A DNA stretch of 20,000 nucleotides from an uncultured virus (IMG/VR IMGVR_UViG_3300006127_000002) (IMGVR_UViG_3300006127_000002); one strand, 5' to 3'; counted from the stretch's first letter, positions 1-9,739 are shown. Made by a program: numbers and translations. The notes: generated by a model not told the origin, from the letters alone.

Positions 1-3000
1 GTTGATGAAGGAGAAGGACTTCAGCCAAGTGCATTAGCACCAGAAGTATCCGAAGTAGATGCAAAAGCTGCGCAGTTAAGAGAAGCTGAAATAAAGCTTG
101 TAGAAGCAGATACGCCTGAAATTAAGAAAGAAGCGCAGGTTGAAGTTAACAAGGCTAGACAAGAGCTAAAGAAGGCGGAAGCTAAACTAGAAAAAGCTGA
201 AACCACAACTGAGGTAACTCCAGTAACTGCAATACCAACCGCACCAGAAGAAGTTGCGGCTACCCCGCCAGTAGCCCAAGTTACACCAAAAAATGCGCAA
301 CAAGAAGAAGTTGCTCCCGCCACAGAAACCGCAATAAACCCATCAACTAAAAAATGGTTTGGTAATAGTAAAGCTGTAGATAGTGAGGGTAAACCATTAG
401 TTTTATATCGGGGGTTAGTAGGTGGGGCAGTTGACCCGTTTTCTGGGAGACCCGGATATGCAATTTTTACTTCAGACAACCCATACATAGCTTCGTCTTA
501 TGCAGGAGACCCTACCGCAGAATTTGGGGTAACTGGTGGGGTTGTATACCCCATGTACGCTAAAGTTGACAACGTAACTGAGTTTCAATTAGATAGGAAT
601 GGGTTATTTGATAAATTTGAATTCGATAAAAAAGCACGTACCTTAAAACCCGGAGAAGCATTAGTAGCCAGAAATGTAATGGATACTGGACCACGTATGT
701 CTTCAAGTATGGCGCAAGGATATGCCAAAAAAAGTGGGGATGTTTGGGCATTTGGTAACGGTACTAAATTTCAATCAGCTATAGCTGAGCCAGTTGTAGA
801 AAAGAAAGCAAGAACGCCGTTACAAAAAGCACAAGCAAAGACTGCTAATGCAGAAAGCCGATACGCAGACAAGCTAATAAGTGACCTTGCGGTTGAACCA
901 AACAATCTAGAAGAGGCCGAAAGCCTTGAGCAAGCTGCTTCTTGGGATAAAACAAATAAAACCCAACGTAACAATCTGGTTGAAGGTTTGGTTGAGCTTA
1001 CACAAAGACCTCACAAAGCGGCAAAAGAAAAAGCTGCCGCTGCACTGACTGCAAATAATGTAACCCCAGAAGAGGTAGCCCTAGCCAAGGATCGTATCGC
1101 TGCTAAGAAAAAAGCAAATATCCCGACGGTTCTTGAACAGCATAGGATTGATAATCCACCACGTAAACGGAAAGCAAAAGAACTTGCACCTAACGCCAAA
1201 TTATCAGATAGAGTTTCTCTTGCTGCGCAGTTAGTAGATTTGGTAAGGGGCGCTAGGCTTGCAGCTTATAAGACCGCAACGGCTGCTATAGATCATATAG
1301 TAAAGACCGGGAATGCTTTTGAAAGGACTCTTGCCCAACGCCTAAAACCATTCCTAAAAGATGTCAATTACATAGTTGCACAATCAGAAGCAGACTTACC
1401 TGATATCTCCCTGCGTGACGGACAAAGTTTAAAAGACAAGTTTAAAGACGCCAACGGTATTTACTTTACGACCGAAGATGGCAAAAAGTATTTGATTTTA
1501 CGGGGCGATAAGTTTGAAGGTGGTGGCGGGTTAACCTTTAAAACATTCCTGCATGAAGCCGTGCATGGTGCAACCATTGAGCAGATTGCAGAATACGAAA
1601 GAGCAGTTGCAGAAGGACTCCCAGTAGACCCACGCCTTGAACGGTTAATAACTGAGCTTAAAGATATCGTCGATGAGACGGCAGCAGCGTATACAGAAGC
1701 CAAAATGATGGGGCAAGAAGTCCCTGCTGCACTAGATAGATTGTTCTCTGCTCGCAAAAAAGGCGGCGTAGGCATATTAGACGACTTAAAAGAATTTGTT
1801 GCCTATGGTATGACTGAGCCTGATGTGCAAGAGTTCTTAGCTAATACCCAAGGTAAAGCAAAGCAAGGTGCGCCGGGGTTCTTTAAGAATCTGTTTACTA
1901 AATTTGTACGTGCGCTAGCTAACGCATTCGGTATGCCCGAAGGAAGTGTTAACGCTTTCCAAGACTTGATGCTTGTTACCGAAGGGCTGATGCAGTATAC
2001 GCCTAAAGATGTCAAGGCTGTAGAAGGTGCGGCAGAAAAACTTGATAAGGTTCAAGAAAAAGTAGATGCGGACCTAAAAAAGCTGGAGCTATCAAAAGAC
2101 GCTACGGAAATGACGGGGCTATTAGGTGGCCTTGCACGTTCACGTAATGCACAAGATTTTAATGACTTAATGAACGCCAGCCTCCCTGCTATGGGTAATG
2201 CGTTTATAACTAAGTTATTAGGTGCTATGCAATCGGTGGATATCGTGCGTTGGATGGGGGATAAGATACCTGCGCTTAAACGCATAGACGATACAACCCA
2301 ACATATGTCTGCAATGCGTATCAATATGCGGGCGGCTTTTTCTAAGAAGGCTGAACAAATAAGCAAGTTTATTCGTAGTGCTAAAAATGCTAAGAATACT
2401 CTTGCTGATGCCATGCACTTAGCTCGTCTAGTAGGTATAAGTCCTGTAGAACATGCGAATGCTAATGACGCTATTAAGAACGATAGCCAACTGAATTCCC
2501 TTAGGGCTACTCTAAATGACCCCAACATAAACGAAGCTACCCGTAAAGCTACCCAATCAGAAATAGATACTCGCACTGCAGGTATCCAAGAGGTCTATAA
2601 AAAATGGGATGCGCTAGGTGAGTTTAAGGGTGGACATGATATTTATAAAATGGTTCGTAAGTTCTACAAAGACAACTACGAATTAACTAGACATCTGCTT
2701 GACCGTAGAATCAACTCGATGCAAATTGAAGGCAGTATAAATGACCCTAATACGCCAAAAGGAAAGTTGATGGCAGCGGTTCGCCAAATGCAAGAAGAGG
2801 CGGATAAAAAGGGTGAGTACTTTCCATTTATGCGTGAAGGCAACTACTGGTTGCGGGTGAACGGACCTAAAGGTAGAGAATTTTATTTATTCGAATCTGG
2901 TACTGCACGTAACTTATTCTTGCTCAAACGTGCTAGAGATTTGGGCGTAGACAATAAGAGCGATATATTTAAAGCTGGCGACAACATGGGCGCATTGCGC

Positions 3001-5058
3001 AACGAATTCAGTGGCGAGAGTAAGATGCTAACTGATATGTTCTCTGCAATCGATGCGGCTACTGCAAAGACGGACTTTGATAAAGAAGCTCTTAAGGATC
3101 AGTTATACCAGACGTACTTGATGACTCTTCCAGAAAAGAGCTTCCGTAAGCAATTCTTACATGCTGACAAAGTAACTGGTTTCAGTTCGGATGTGTTGCG
3201 CAACTTTAAAGTATCTGCAACCCGTATGGCTAACCAAGCTGCTAAGTTGCGTTATGGTTCTGACCTAGAAAATGAATTGCAAAGCGGTCGTGACAACCTA
3301 GAAGGCATGCCCGCACAAGCTCGTGCTAAATATGAGCTGTTTATAAACGAGTTCAAGCAAAGAGCTATGCAAGAAATGAACCCTCCTGAGCAGGGCTTCT
3401 TAACAACGAAGATAAACCAATTTGCTTACTACTGGCTTCTTACCAGCGCAGCGTCTGCAGCTACGCAACTTGCGTCTGTCCCCATCATGGTTATGCCAAC
3501 ACTAAACCAACAGTATGGTTATGGCGCTGCCGCTAAGAAGTTTGCCAAGTACGCTAACATATTTAAAGCCGTTGGGGTTAACAAAGTAGAAGCTAACGGA
3601 GACGTTACCCATACATCACCTTCAATAGGTTCTTCTTCGATTGTTAGGGGTAGCGATCTAGCCCAACGTGCATTCCAAGAGGCGGTGGATAGAGGGCTTA
3701 CTACAACTACTAATACGTCTATCCTTACAAATCGTAACCGTACTCCGTCTAATATTGCAGAGAGCGTTGCCGGTGCAGCACTACAAAAGACTGCCCGTGT
3801 TATGTCTGCTTTGTTTAACGGAGCTGAACGTCTTAGCCGTGAAATGACTTACATGATGACGTTCGAGCTTGAATACGAAAAGACCAAAGACTTCGAAGCG
3901 TCGGTACAAAAAGCTATTGATACCACTCAAGAATTGCTAGGCCGTTACGACAACTTTAACCGTCCTCGCTATATGCAGAACTTTGTAGGTAAAACGCTTG
4001 GGCAGTTTAAGATGTATGCAGTTAACATGACTTCGTTCTTTGTACGTAATATGTACCACGCAATGAATGTGACTAATCCTAAGGAAATGCTGCCAGCTCT
4101 CCATCGCTTAAGTGGGGTACTGGTTATGGGTGGTATGTTCCACGGGTTAGTTGGTATGCCTCTGTACAGCACAATATGTGCAGCAATTGATGCCGCTATG
4201 GATATGTTTGGCGACGAAGAAGAAAAGAAAAAGCGCCGCCGCAAGAATCCGTTAACCGCTGATAATTCCGATTTACGGTTCCGTTATGAATTCTTACCAA
4301 AAATGTTCGGTACACCTACAATTACTGGGCTGGACGGTAAAGAGCATACACTAGCTAAAATATTAGAAAAAGGTGCAATTTCTGAGCTGACTGACATGAA
4401 CATCGGTTCACGTACCTCTTTTGATGGTTTATGGTTCCGTGGTGCAAAGGAAGGCAAAACTGCTTTAGAGACCGTACAGAACTATGTACTAGCTAACTTA
4501 GGCCCCGGTGTATCAACTGGTATTAATATGGTAGGGGCATTAGATGATTTCCATAACGGGCAGATATTGCGTGGGTTAGAGAAGCTCGTACCTGCGTTCT
4601 TCCGTGGTGCAGTAACTGCTGAGAGACTAAGAGAAGAGGGTGCTACAACCAAAACAGGATTGCCGGTACTAAAAAAAGACGAAATAACTCCAATTACATT
4701 AGCTGCTCAAACGCTAGGATTTCAAAGCACTCGATTATCTAGTCGCCAAGAGGCTAACTTCAATCTAATGAAAGAAGAGATAAAAGCCTCCAGAGAACGC
4801 ACGGATGTGCTTAAGCAATTAGACACAGCGCTGCTTGAAAAAAATAAAGATAACAAAGATATCCAAAAAGCAATTAATCAGATACGACAGTTTAATAATA
4901 GGTATCCCGCAGAGAAATATATTATTACGCCGGACACTATAACAAATTCTATCAAAGCCGCTGTGGAGAAAAGAGGGTTATCGTTCCACGGAATGCAGAT
5001 AGATAAAAAATTAGCTCCGTACCTGATACCAACGCTCAAGAACGCTTCTCCCAAATAA
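1..5058 (+). CDS. Large polyvalent (internal virion/ejection-type) protein, 5'-truncated; ART-PolyVal-like domain, HExxH zincin domain, PLxRFG-like region
   Basis: Frame 1 has no stop from base 1 (VDEGEGLQP...) through ATG 553 to TAA 5056-5058. Motifs: KKWFGNSKAVDSEGKPLVLYRG...IFTSDNPYIASSYA...GVVYPMY (349-558); TFLHEAVHG (HEAVH 1552-1566) with downstream KEFVAY; GEYFPFMREGNYW (about 2812-2850); helical C-terminus. Confidence 0.85.
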   Translation, partial: VDEGEGLQPSALAPEVSEVDAKAAQLREAEIKLVEADTPEIKKEAQVEVNKARQELKKAEAKLEKAETTTEVTPVTAIPTAPEEVAATPPVAQVTPKNAQQEEVAPATETAINPSTKKWFGNSKAVDSEGKPLVLYRGLVGGAVDPFSGRPGYAIFTSDNPYIASSYAGDPTAEFGVTGGVVYPMYAKVDNVTEFQLDRNGLFDKFEFDKKARTLKPGEALVARNVMDTGPRMSSSMAQGYAKKSGDVWAFGNGTKFQSAIAEPVVEKKARTPLQKAQAKTANAESRYADKLISDLAVEPNNLEEAESLEQAASWDKTNKTQRNNLVEGLVELTQRPHKAAKEKAAAALTANNVTPEEVALAKDRIAAKKKANIPTVLEQHRIDNPPRKRKAKELAPNAKLSDRVSLAAQLVDLVRGARLAAYKTATAAIDHIVKTGNAFERTLAQRLKPFLKDVNYIVAQSEADLPDISLRDGQSLKDKFKDANGIYFTTEDGKKYLILRGDKFEGGGGLTFKTFLHEAVHGATIEQIAEYERAVAEGLPVDPRLERLITELKDIVDETAAAYTEAKMMGQEVPAALDRLFSARKKGGVGILDDLKEFVAYGMTEPDVQEFLANTQGKAKQGAPGFFKNLFTKFVRALANAFGMPEGSVNAFQDLMLVTEGLMQYTPKDVKAVEGAAEKLDKVQEKVDADLKKLELSKDATEMTGLLGGLARSRNAQDFNDLMNASLPAMGNAFITKLLGAMQSVDIVRWMGDKIPALKRIDDTTQHMSAMRINMRAAFSKKAEQISKFIRSAKNAKNTLADAMHLARLVGISPVEHANANDAIKNDSQLNSLRATLNDPNINEATRKATQSEIDTRTAGIQEVYKKWDALGEFKGGHDIYKMVRKFYKDNYELTRHLLDRRINSMQIEGSINDPNTPKGKLMAAVRQMQEEADKKGEYFPFMREGNYWLRVNGPKGREFYLFESGTARNLFLLKRARDLGVDNKSDIFKAGDNMGALRNEFSGESKMLTDMFSAIDAATAKTDFDKEALKDQLYQTYLMTLPEKSFRKQFLHADKVTGFSSDVLRNFKVSATRMANQAAKLRYGSDLENELQSGRDNLEGMPAQARAKYELFINEFKQRAMQEMNPPEQGFLTTKINQFAYYWLLTSAASAATQLASVPIMVMPTLNQQYGYGAAAKKFAKYANIFKAVGVNKVEANGDVTHTSPSIGSSSIVRGSDLAQRAFQEAVDRGLTTTTNTSILTNRNRTPSNIAESVAGAALQKTARVMSALFNGAERLSREMTYMMTFELEYEKTKDFEASVQKAIDTTQELLGRYDNFNRPRYMQNFVGKTLGQFKMYAVNMTSFFVRNMYHAMNVTNPKEMLPALHRLSGVLVMGGMFHGLVGMPLYSTICAAIDAAMDMFGDEEEKKKRRRKNPLTADNSDLRFRYEFLPKMFGTPTITGLDGKEHTLAKILEKGAISELTDMNIGSRTSFDGLWFRGAKEGKTALETVQNYVLANLGPGVSTGINMVGALDDFHNGQILRGLEKLVPAFFRGAVTAERLREEGATTKTGLPVLKKDEITPITLAAQTLGFQSTRLSSRQEANFNLMKEEIKASRERTDVLKQLDTALLEKNKDNKDIQKAINQIRQFNNRYPAEKYIITPDTITNSIKAAVEKRGLSFHGMQIDKKLAPYLIPTLKNASPK

Positions 5059-5082
5059 AAAAACCCCCGCACTGAGCGGGGG
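5057..5082 (-). terminator. Rho-independent terminator for the - strand operon
   Basis: On the - strand: CCCCCGC-TCAGT-GCGGGGG (7-bp GC stem) followed by TTTTTTT. It lies between convergent genes. Confidence 0.85.
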
Positions 5083-5116
5083 AAAGCACTTCCAAGGAAA
5101 ACAAAGCTATTATAGC

Positions 5117-5311
5117 TTAGACACGCCACACTCGTATGCCTCGAATGCCCTCTTCAATCACGGTCTTCATAACTATGTTCATCTTAGATTTCCTAGCTAC
5201 TTCTCTCAAAGTCTTTTTAGCCTCGGTGCAAGCTATGCAGGGTATAAAAAAAGAATACCCCGGTTTAAACTTGCGCCAGTTAATGTTGTAGTCAACTTGG
5301 TCGATTTTCAT
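5117..5311 (-). CDS. Small hypothetical phage protein (FKPGYSFFIPC...GIRVWRV), possibly DNA-binding
   Basis: 64 aa ORF overlapping the primase stop and ending just before the terminator. Confidence 0.7.
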   Translation of the reverse strand: MKIDQVDYNINWRKFKPGYSFFIPCIACTEAKKTLREVARKSKMNIVMKTVIEEGIRGIRVWRV

Positions 5312-8105
5312 TCGGTAGCTGCGGGGCTATCAAACCGTCCATATCCAAGAACCCCGGATCGGAGCAATCAAAGACTAGCGTGTTAACTGCAGGGGAAACG
5401 ATCTTCATGCCTTTGGACATACGCTTATTCATCGTCTCCTTAAAGAACCCACGGCGTCTCAACTCCTGCAGGGTATCCTTATAGTTAATCTGCCGCTCCA
5501 CGCAATCCGAACGGAAATCACGGGTAACAACATATAGCTGCTTGGTGTCAGGCTCATATCGGATAAGTAGTTGTCCTTTTGGTTCAAGGCTCGGCAACGA
5601 TGCGGTTGACGTGCGGTTATCATTGTCGGCTTTCACTACCAAGATGTTTTGCATGTGCCGGTTGATATAGTCGCCCAGAATGCTAGGTGCATCGTCGAGT
5701 GGGGGTTTAATCTCATGGCGCATACCCTTAACTGCTTCAGCGGCCCAGTTAAATATGGCGTTCATATCGTAGTCATGCAGCTTCAAGCGCTTAGCAATAA
5801 CGCCACCGGCTATGTTACATGCAACCAAACCAGACCAGAAACGCTCAGGGGCAGTAAGTCTTAGTGCTTGGTCGATCATGGATTGGGCTTTATCGAAAAT
5901 CCTCTTGGCCTCATCCTTGTTGTTAACCAACCATTGCAGATATATTTCCCCTGCATGCCCATAGTTTTCACGTAGCTGGTGGTCGAACATGCGCTTACCT
6001 TCTTCTACGGAAATAATATCAGTCGGGGCAATCTCATATTCAAACAACCGAAGCATCTCAGCGTTAGCACCGGCTTTAGCACTACTTAGTTTTTCATAGA
6101 AGCTGGCGTTTGAACTTGCTAGGGATATGGTTTGCCATGTTGTAGAGTTGTCACGTAATTCGTTGGTCGCCCCCTTCATACGATCTTTACCACGACCTTG
6201 TGACATACCGTAGGCCAAGTCAGAGAAGTCCTCTGCGGATATGTTAGTGATCTCATCCACGGTGTAGGGCAAGTTATTCAGTAAGCCCAAGCGTTGCATC
6301 TTAGCGTTGTTGGTGTCCTTCCAGATAGAACATAATGCCTCAGGTGCGCCGTATACGCTGTTACACATAAACAATGCGGTTGACTTACCCGAACCACCTT
6401 TCTTGAACATTACGTTAATGATTGCGCCTTTCAACCCAGTAAGTTTAAATAGTGGCGCACCAAAAGCAGTCAGCGCAGCGAAAGCATTACCCTCAAGTCC
6501 GGGCTTGGCGTACAGATTAAATACTTCTTTCCACTTCTCTAACGTACCTGCGGGTTGCAAATAGTGGGCTAGAGCTTTCGTAACCGATGACGGAGGACTA
6601 CCAAATATACCGTCCTTGCTAATTTCCCTGTCACCAAGAATAAACTTGGTATCGTTTTCTACCCATCCGAATTGAGTTCTCATAATTTCTGCCTTGTGCT
6701 TATACTGAAGTGTCTTAACAAATATGTTCATATATGTCGCTAGGTGTGCCATTTGTGACGTAGAACCTGCTACACCATTTTTAGCTAACACTTTGCGTAA
6801 TTCATCTTTAACTGTAATTATTGAATTGGGTACTACAAACTCCTTAACACCATCCATAGGTAAGTGCAATCTAACCAAAGCTGATAAACCATCAGCAGGG
6901 TCTTCCATAAGTTTTACTACGTACAAGTCATGCTCGTACACACAAATAGGTTCGGCTTCATCTTTGCCCGGAGGTAAATAAATTCCACCGCCAGCCCCTC
7001 GTTTATATGGGGACGGATACTTAGGTATAACTATTGTTGGTTCGTCGGTAAACTCAAGTTCGCCTGATTCTTCTTCAGGTTCTTCTGCTTCTACCACTTC
7101 CTTGCTAAGTGCAATCGGTCCGGGGATTTTCCCTTTCCATTTACATCCATCACAGCCACCGGGATTATGCTTCTCAAACGTCTCGCATTTATGTGGCCCT
7201 GCGCTATCTCCACCTTGGCTAGCCTTACGTTCGGTAGCAATAGGGTCGTAGTCTGGATGCTTGTTAGACATCATGTGAATAGCCTTTTCCCTATCGATGC
7301 ACTGATTAGCAACGGTAAGTGATGACCACCACAAAGGCTCGGGCGTTTCTTCTTGGTTTAGAAAAGCGTAGTTAAGCTGTTGACATCCGTTCTCCCCACG
7401 GATCATTATGTTTTTGAAACGCTGCACGGTGTTGCCCATAGCCGCAAGCGTGATTTCATTCGGTTCAAATTTTGGATCGATCGTGCCAAAAATTGGTGAT
7501 AGTTCCTTTACCCCGATAAGAGACTTGAATGTCTCGAATTCTACAGGCGCACCTACCTCCATGATCTCAACCGGCAACGGCGGGTCTTGCTTAAAATTTA
7601 ACGTACCGGGTATACGTAATATGCGAGATGCTTCCATCACCGCATGGTCAACCATAAACTTGTGGGTACTGCAGAGTTCCTTCAACCGGGCAGCGAGAGG
7701 CTCCCATTGTTGTCTTGTTACATTTTCGGTGAACGTCCAGTAGACATGTAGCCCACGACCTGAGCTAACTATGATGGGTGCAGGGAGTCCTACAAGATCA
7801 ATAAACTCCCTCAATGCAACCAGTCCGGCGGCTTGATCGGCATAGGGTTTTCCCTCACCGCAATCTATATCTAGCCAGACGCTCTTAAGTGCTAAAACAT
7901 TATCCTTAGTGCGTGATTTGTTTGTAGCGTATTTTGCGCATCCAAAAAATACATTGTTATTGTTATCTACGAATTCCTTGGCAACTGCATCTACTTCTTC
8001 CCGAGTTTGAACAAACTTCTGCTTGGTACTTGTACCCTTTATCCCAACCACAGCGTACCACCCTTCTTCAGGAAGTACTGTATTCAAAAGGTCAATCGTA
8101 ACCAT
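5292..8105 (-). CDS. Primase-helicase: N-terminal RepB-like/AEP primase, Cys-rich linker, C-terminal DUF927/P-loop helicase
   Basis: AEP motifs WLDIDCG, SSGRGLHVYW and RILRIPGTLN; FGW...FILG DUF927-like segment; Walker A GGSGKST; Walker B YTVDE; GRGKDR. ATG 8105 is preferred because the 8150 start would run through a hairpin region. Confidence 0.88.
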   Translation of the reverse strand: MVTIDLLNTVLPEEGWYAVVGIKGTSTKQKFVQTREEVDAVAKEFVDNNNNVFFGCAKYATNKSRTKDNVLALKSVWLDIDCGEGKPYADQAAGLVALREFIDLVGLPAPIIVSSGRGLHVYWTFTENVTRQQWEPLAARLKELCSTHKFMVDHAVMEASRILRIPGTLNFKQDPPLPVEIMEVGAPVEFETFKSLIGVKELSPIFGTIDPKFEPNEITLAAMGNTVQRFKNIMIRGENGCQQLNYAFLNQEETPEPLWWSSLTVANQCIDREKAIHMMSNKHPDYDPIATERKASQGGDSAGPHKCETFEKHNPGGCDGCKWKGKIPGPIALSKEVVEAEEPEEESGELEFTDEPTIVIPKYPSPYKRGAGGGIYLPPGKDEAEPICVYEHDLYVVKLMEDPADGLSALVRLHLPMDGVKEFVVPNSIITVKDELRKVLAKNGVAGSTSQMAHLATYMNIFVKTLQYKHKAEIMRTQFGWVENDTKFILGDREISKDGIFGSPPSSVTKALAHYLQPAGTLEKWKEVFNLYAKPGLEGNAFAALTAFGAPLFKLTGLKGAIINVMFKKGGSGKSTALFMCNSVYGAPEALCSIWKDTNNAKMQRLGLLNNLPYTVDEITNISAEDFSDLAYGMSQGRGKDRMKGATNELRDNSTTWQTISLASSNASFYEKLSSAKAGANAEMLRLFEYEIAPTDIISVEEGKRMFDHQLRENYGHAGEIYLQWLVNNKDEAKRIFDKAQSMIDQALRLTAPERFWSGLVACNIAGGVIAKRLKLHDYDMNAIFNWAAEAVKGMRHEIKPPLDDAPSILGDYINRHMQNILVVKADNDNRTSTASLPSLEPKGQLLIRYEPDTKQLYVVTRDFRSDCVERQINYKDTLQELRRRGFFKETMNKRMSKGMKIVSPAVNTLVFDCSDPGFLDMDGLIAPQLPNENRPS

Positions 8106-8120
8106 CGTATGTTCCAGAGA

Positions 8121-8144
8121 CGGCAAAGCCGGGGGCGAACCCCC
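8121..8144 (-). promoter_or_regulatory. Tandem hairpins upstream of primase (GGGGG-TTCG-CCCCC, then CGGC-TTT-GCCG)
   Basis: Perfect 5-bp GC stem with a UUCG loop on the - strand, abutting a 4-bp stem, in the gap between the HTH and primase genes. Confidence 0.5.
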
Positions 8145-8159
8145 TAGCATAAGCCAATA

Positions 8160-8396
8160 TTATTTTTGCTTAAACGAGTCGAGCAATTCTTTAATCAGCG
8201 CAGCGCATGCAGCGTGTGGGGTATGCAAACCAGTAAACCAGTTATACACAGTCATACGACTAACCCCTAACTGCTTCGCTATCTGACTAACAGGAATGTC
8301 GTGCTTGATGCACTTACGCCCTAGAGAAACCCCAAGGTGTGATACATCAGCCTTCCTATTCGCCTCGATAAGCCTCGAACTATATCCGTAGCTCAT
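8160..8396 (-). CDS. Cro/XRE-type helix-turn-helix transcriptional regulator
   Basis: VSQIAKQLGVSRMTVYNWFTG is a classic HTH; 78 aa; 1-nt overlap (TAATG) with the upstream gene. Confidence 0.85.
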   Translation of the reverse strand: MSYGYSSRLIEANRKADVSHLGVSLGRKCIKHDIPVSQIAKQLGVSRMTVYNWFTGLHTPHAACAALIKELLDSFKQK

Positions 8397-9289
8397 TATT
8401 CCAAATCACCCCAAGCGCTAATGACAGAGGCTAAGTCCTGCTTACCAGTAGTACCAATTTCAGGTTTCTTAGACACACGCTTGACAGGCTCAGGGATAAC
8501 TTCGTCCGGCTCTGATTCAACAACTACTTTTGGCTTTGCTGCAACGGGAGCGGTTGGTTGAGGCAATGCTGTTTTAACCCCATCAACTTGTGCAACAGTC
8601 ATCAAAATTGCATTCTTAGCTTCTTGTGACGAACTAGCTTTTTCCACAACTGCCCATTCTTCAGCATTGATATGGCGTACAGGTGAGAACAACAACTTAG
8701 GTGTATCACTATCCATATCCAATTCAATTTGCGTTACAACCTGATTGATGTTACGACCGTTGTTAGCCAAGTATTTACCATAACTCTCAAAAGGATGGAC
8801 ATTGCCCTCGCCCTTACCAAAGATCGACTTAGATGGGAGCATTAACTGATATACGTCACCAGACATATCGCCCTCTAGGATTACTGCGACCCTACGTTGA
8901 TAACGGCAAGCACGGCTAGTACCACTACCAGACCCAGAAATGTTCTGAGGGCAAGTCGCACAGCTATCTGCCTGTCTATCTTCAACTTTAGCATCGGGTG
9001 AAATTCCTTCAGTAGACCAACATGTTGGAGGTACAACCTCGTCAGGATTGTATTTACCTGCGTAGAAAATACGAGATATGTTCTTGTTTGCATTGACGAT
9101 AATTACGTTAAGCTCACGGCCTTTAATCTTCGCAATCTCTTCACCATTGACAACCTTACGGAATACACCGCCACGAATAGAAATGCGTCTGCTACCACCC
9201 GCACCACCTGCAAGTGCTTTGGTTAATTCGTTAATGCCGCCTTTGAGGAAGTCGGGAACTTCTTGATTGAAAATAGAAATGTTACTCAT
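8396..9289 (-). CDS. Conserved replication-module protein, putative ssDNA-binding/recombination protein with Cys cluster
   Basis: RRISIRGGVFR, CWS...CATCPQN...ACRYQRR, Pro/Lys-rich linker and acidic WGDLE tail. SD-like AGGTGAG upstream. Function is inferred from context and the tail. Confidence 0.6.
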   Translation of the reverse strand: MSNISIFNQEVPDFLKGGINELTKALAGGAGGSRRISIRGGVFRKVVNGEEIAKIKGRELNVIIVNANKNISRIFYAGKYNPDEVVPPTCWSTEGISPDAKVEDRQADSCATCPQNISGSGSGTSRACRYQRRVAVILEGDMSGDVYQLMLPSKSIFGKGEGNVHPFESYGKYLANNGRNINQVVTQIELDMDSDTPKLLFSPVRHINAEEWAVVEKASSSQEAKNAILMTVAQVDGVKTALPQPTAPVAAKPKVVVESEPDEVIPEPVKRVSKKPEIGTTGKQDLASVISAWGDLE

Positions 9290-9313
9290 TTGCTCTCACC
9301 TATTAGAGGAAAA

Positions 9314-9709
9314 TTAACTTCTGCGTACTACGATTGTGTATTGACTATCCGACCACAGCCCGGGAGGGTGCAATTCAGGATTCTCTTCTAGAAACTGCTT
9401 CACGTTGTTTTGATGCAGTCGTTGCTGTAATAGTCCGTATGCGTCATTCTCTTTAATGAACTGAAACATCGAACCCCAATCATTTGTGTCAAAGCGTGTA
9501 GTTACTTTGCGTATGATTGTCCCTGCGCCTGTACGTATGCTACTGGCGTTTTGTTCCTTACAGATGTCTAGCAACTCTGCGGATATTGCTTCGAGTTGCT
9601 CATTGAATACAGCAATTTCTTGCTTGTGACGTTCAGCCGCTGCTTCCTTGGCGTCACGTATTTTGATATAGACTTTGGCTAGCTCTTCAGCCGATATTTT
9701 CTCAGTCAC
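9314..9709 (-). CDS. Hypothetical phage protein with coiled-coil N-terminus
   Basis: GTG start with AGGAG SD 6 nt upstream; 131 aa; first gene after a promoter. Confidence 0.8.
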   Translation of the reverse strand: MTEKISAEELAKVYIKIRDAKEAAAERHKQEIAVFNEQLEAISAELLDICKEQNASSIRTGAGTIIRKVTTRFDTNDWGSMFQFIKENDAYGLLQQRLHQNNVKQFLEENPELHPPGLWSDSQYTIVVRRS

Positions 9710-9739
9710 TGCATGCTCCTAATTAAAGGGGGAATTACT

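Noticed and set aside
21..5129. Minus-strand ORFs inside the giant gene (21-488, 2052-2576 and others)
   Set aside because: Antisense shadows of a motif-bearing + strand frame, with no motifs of their own.
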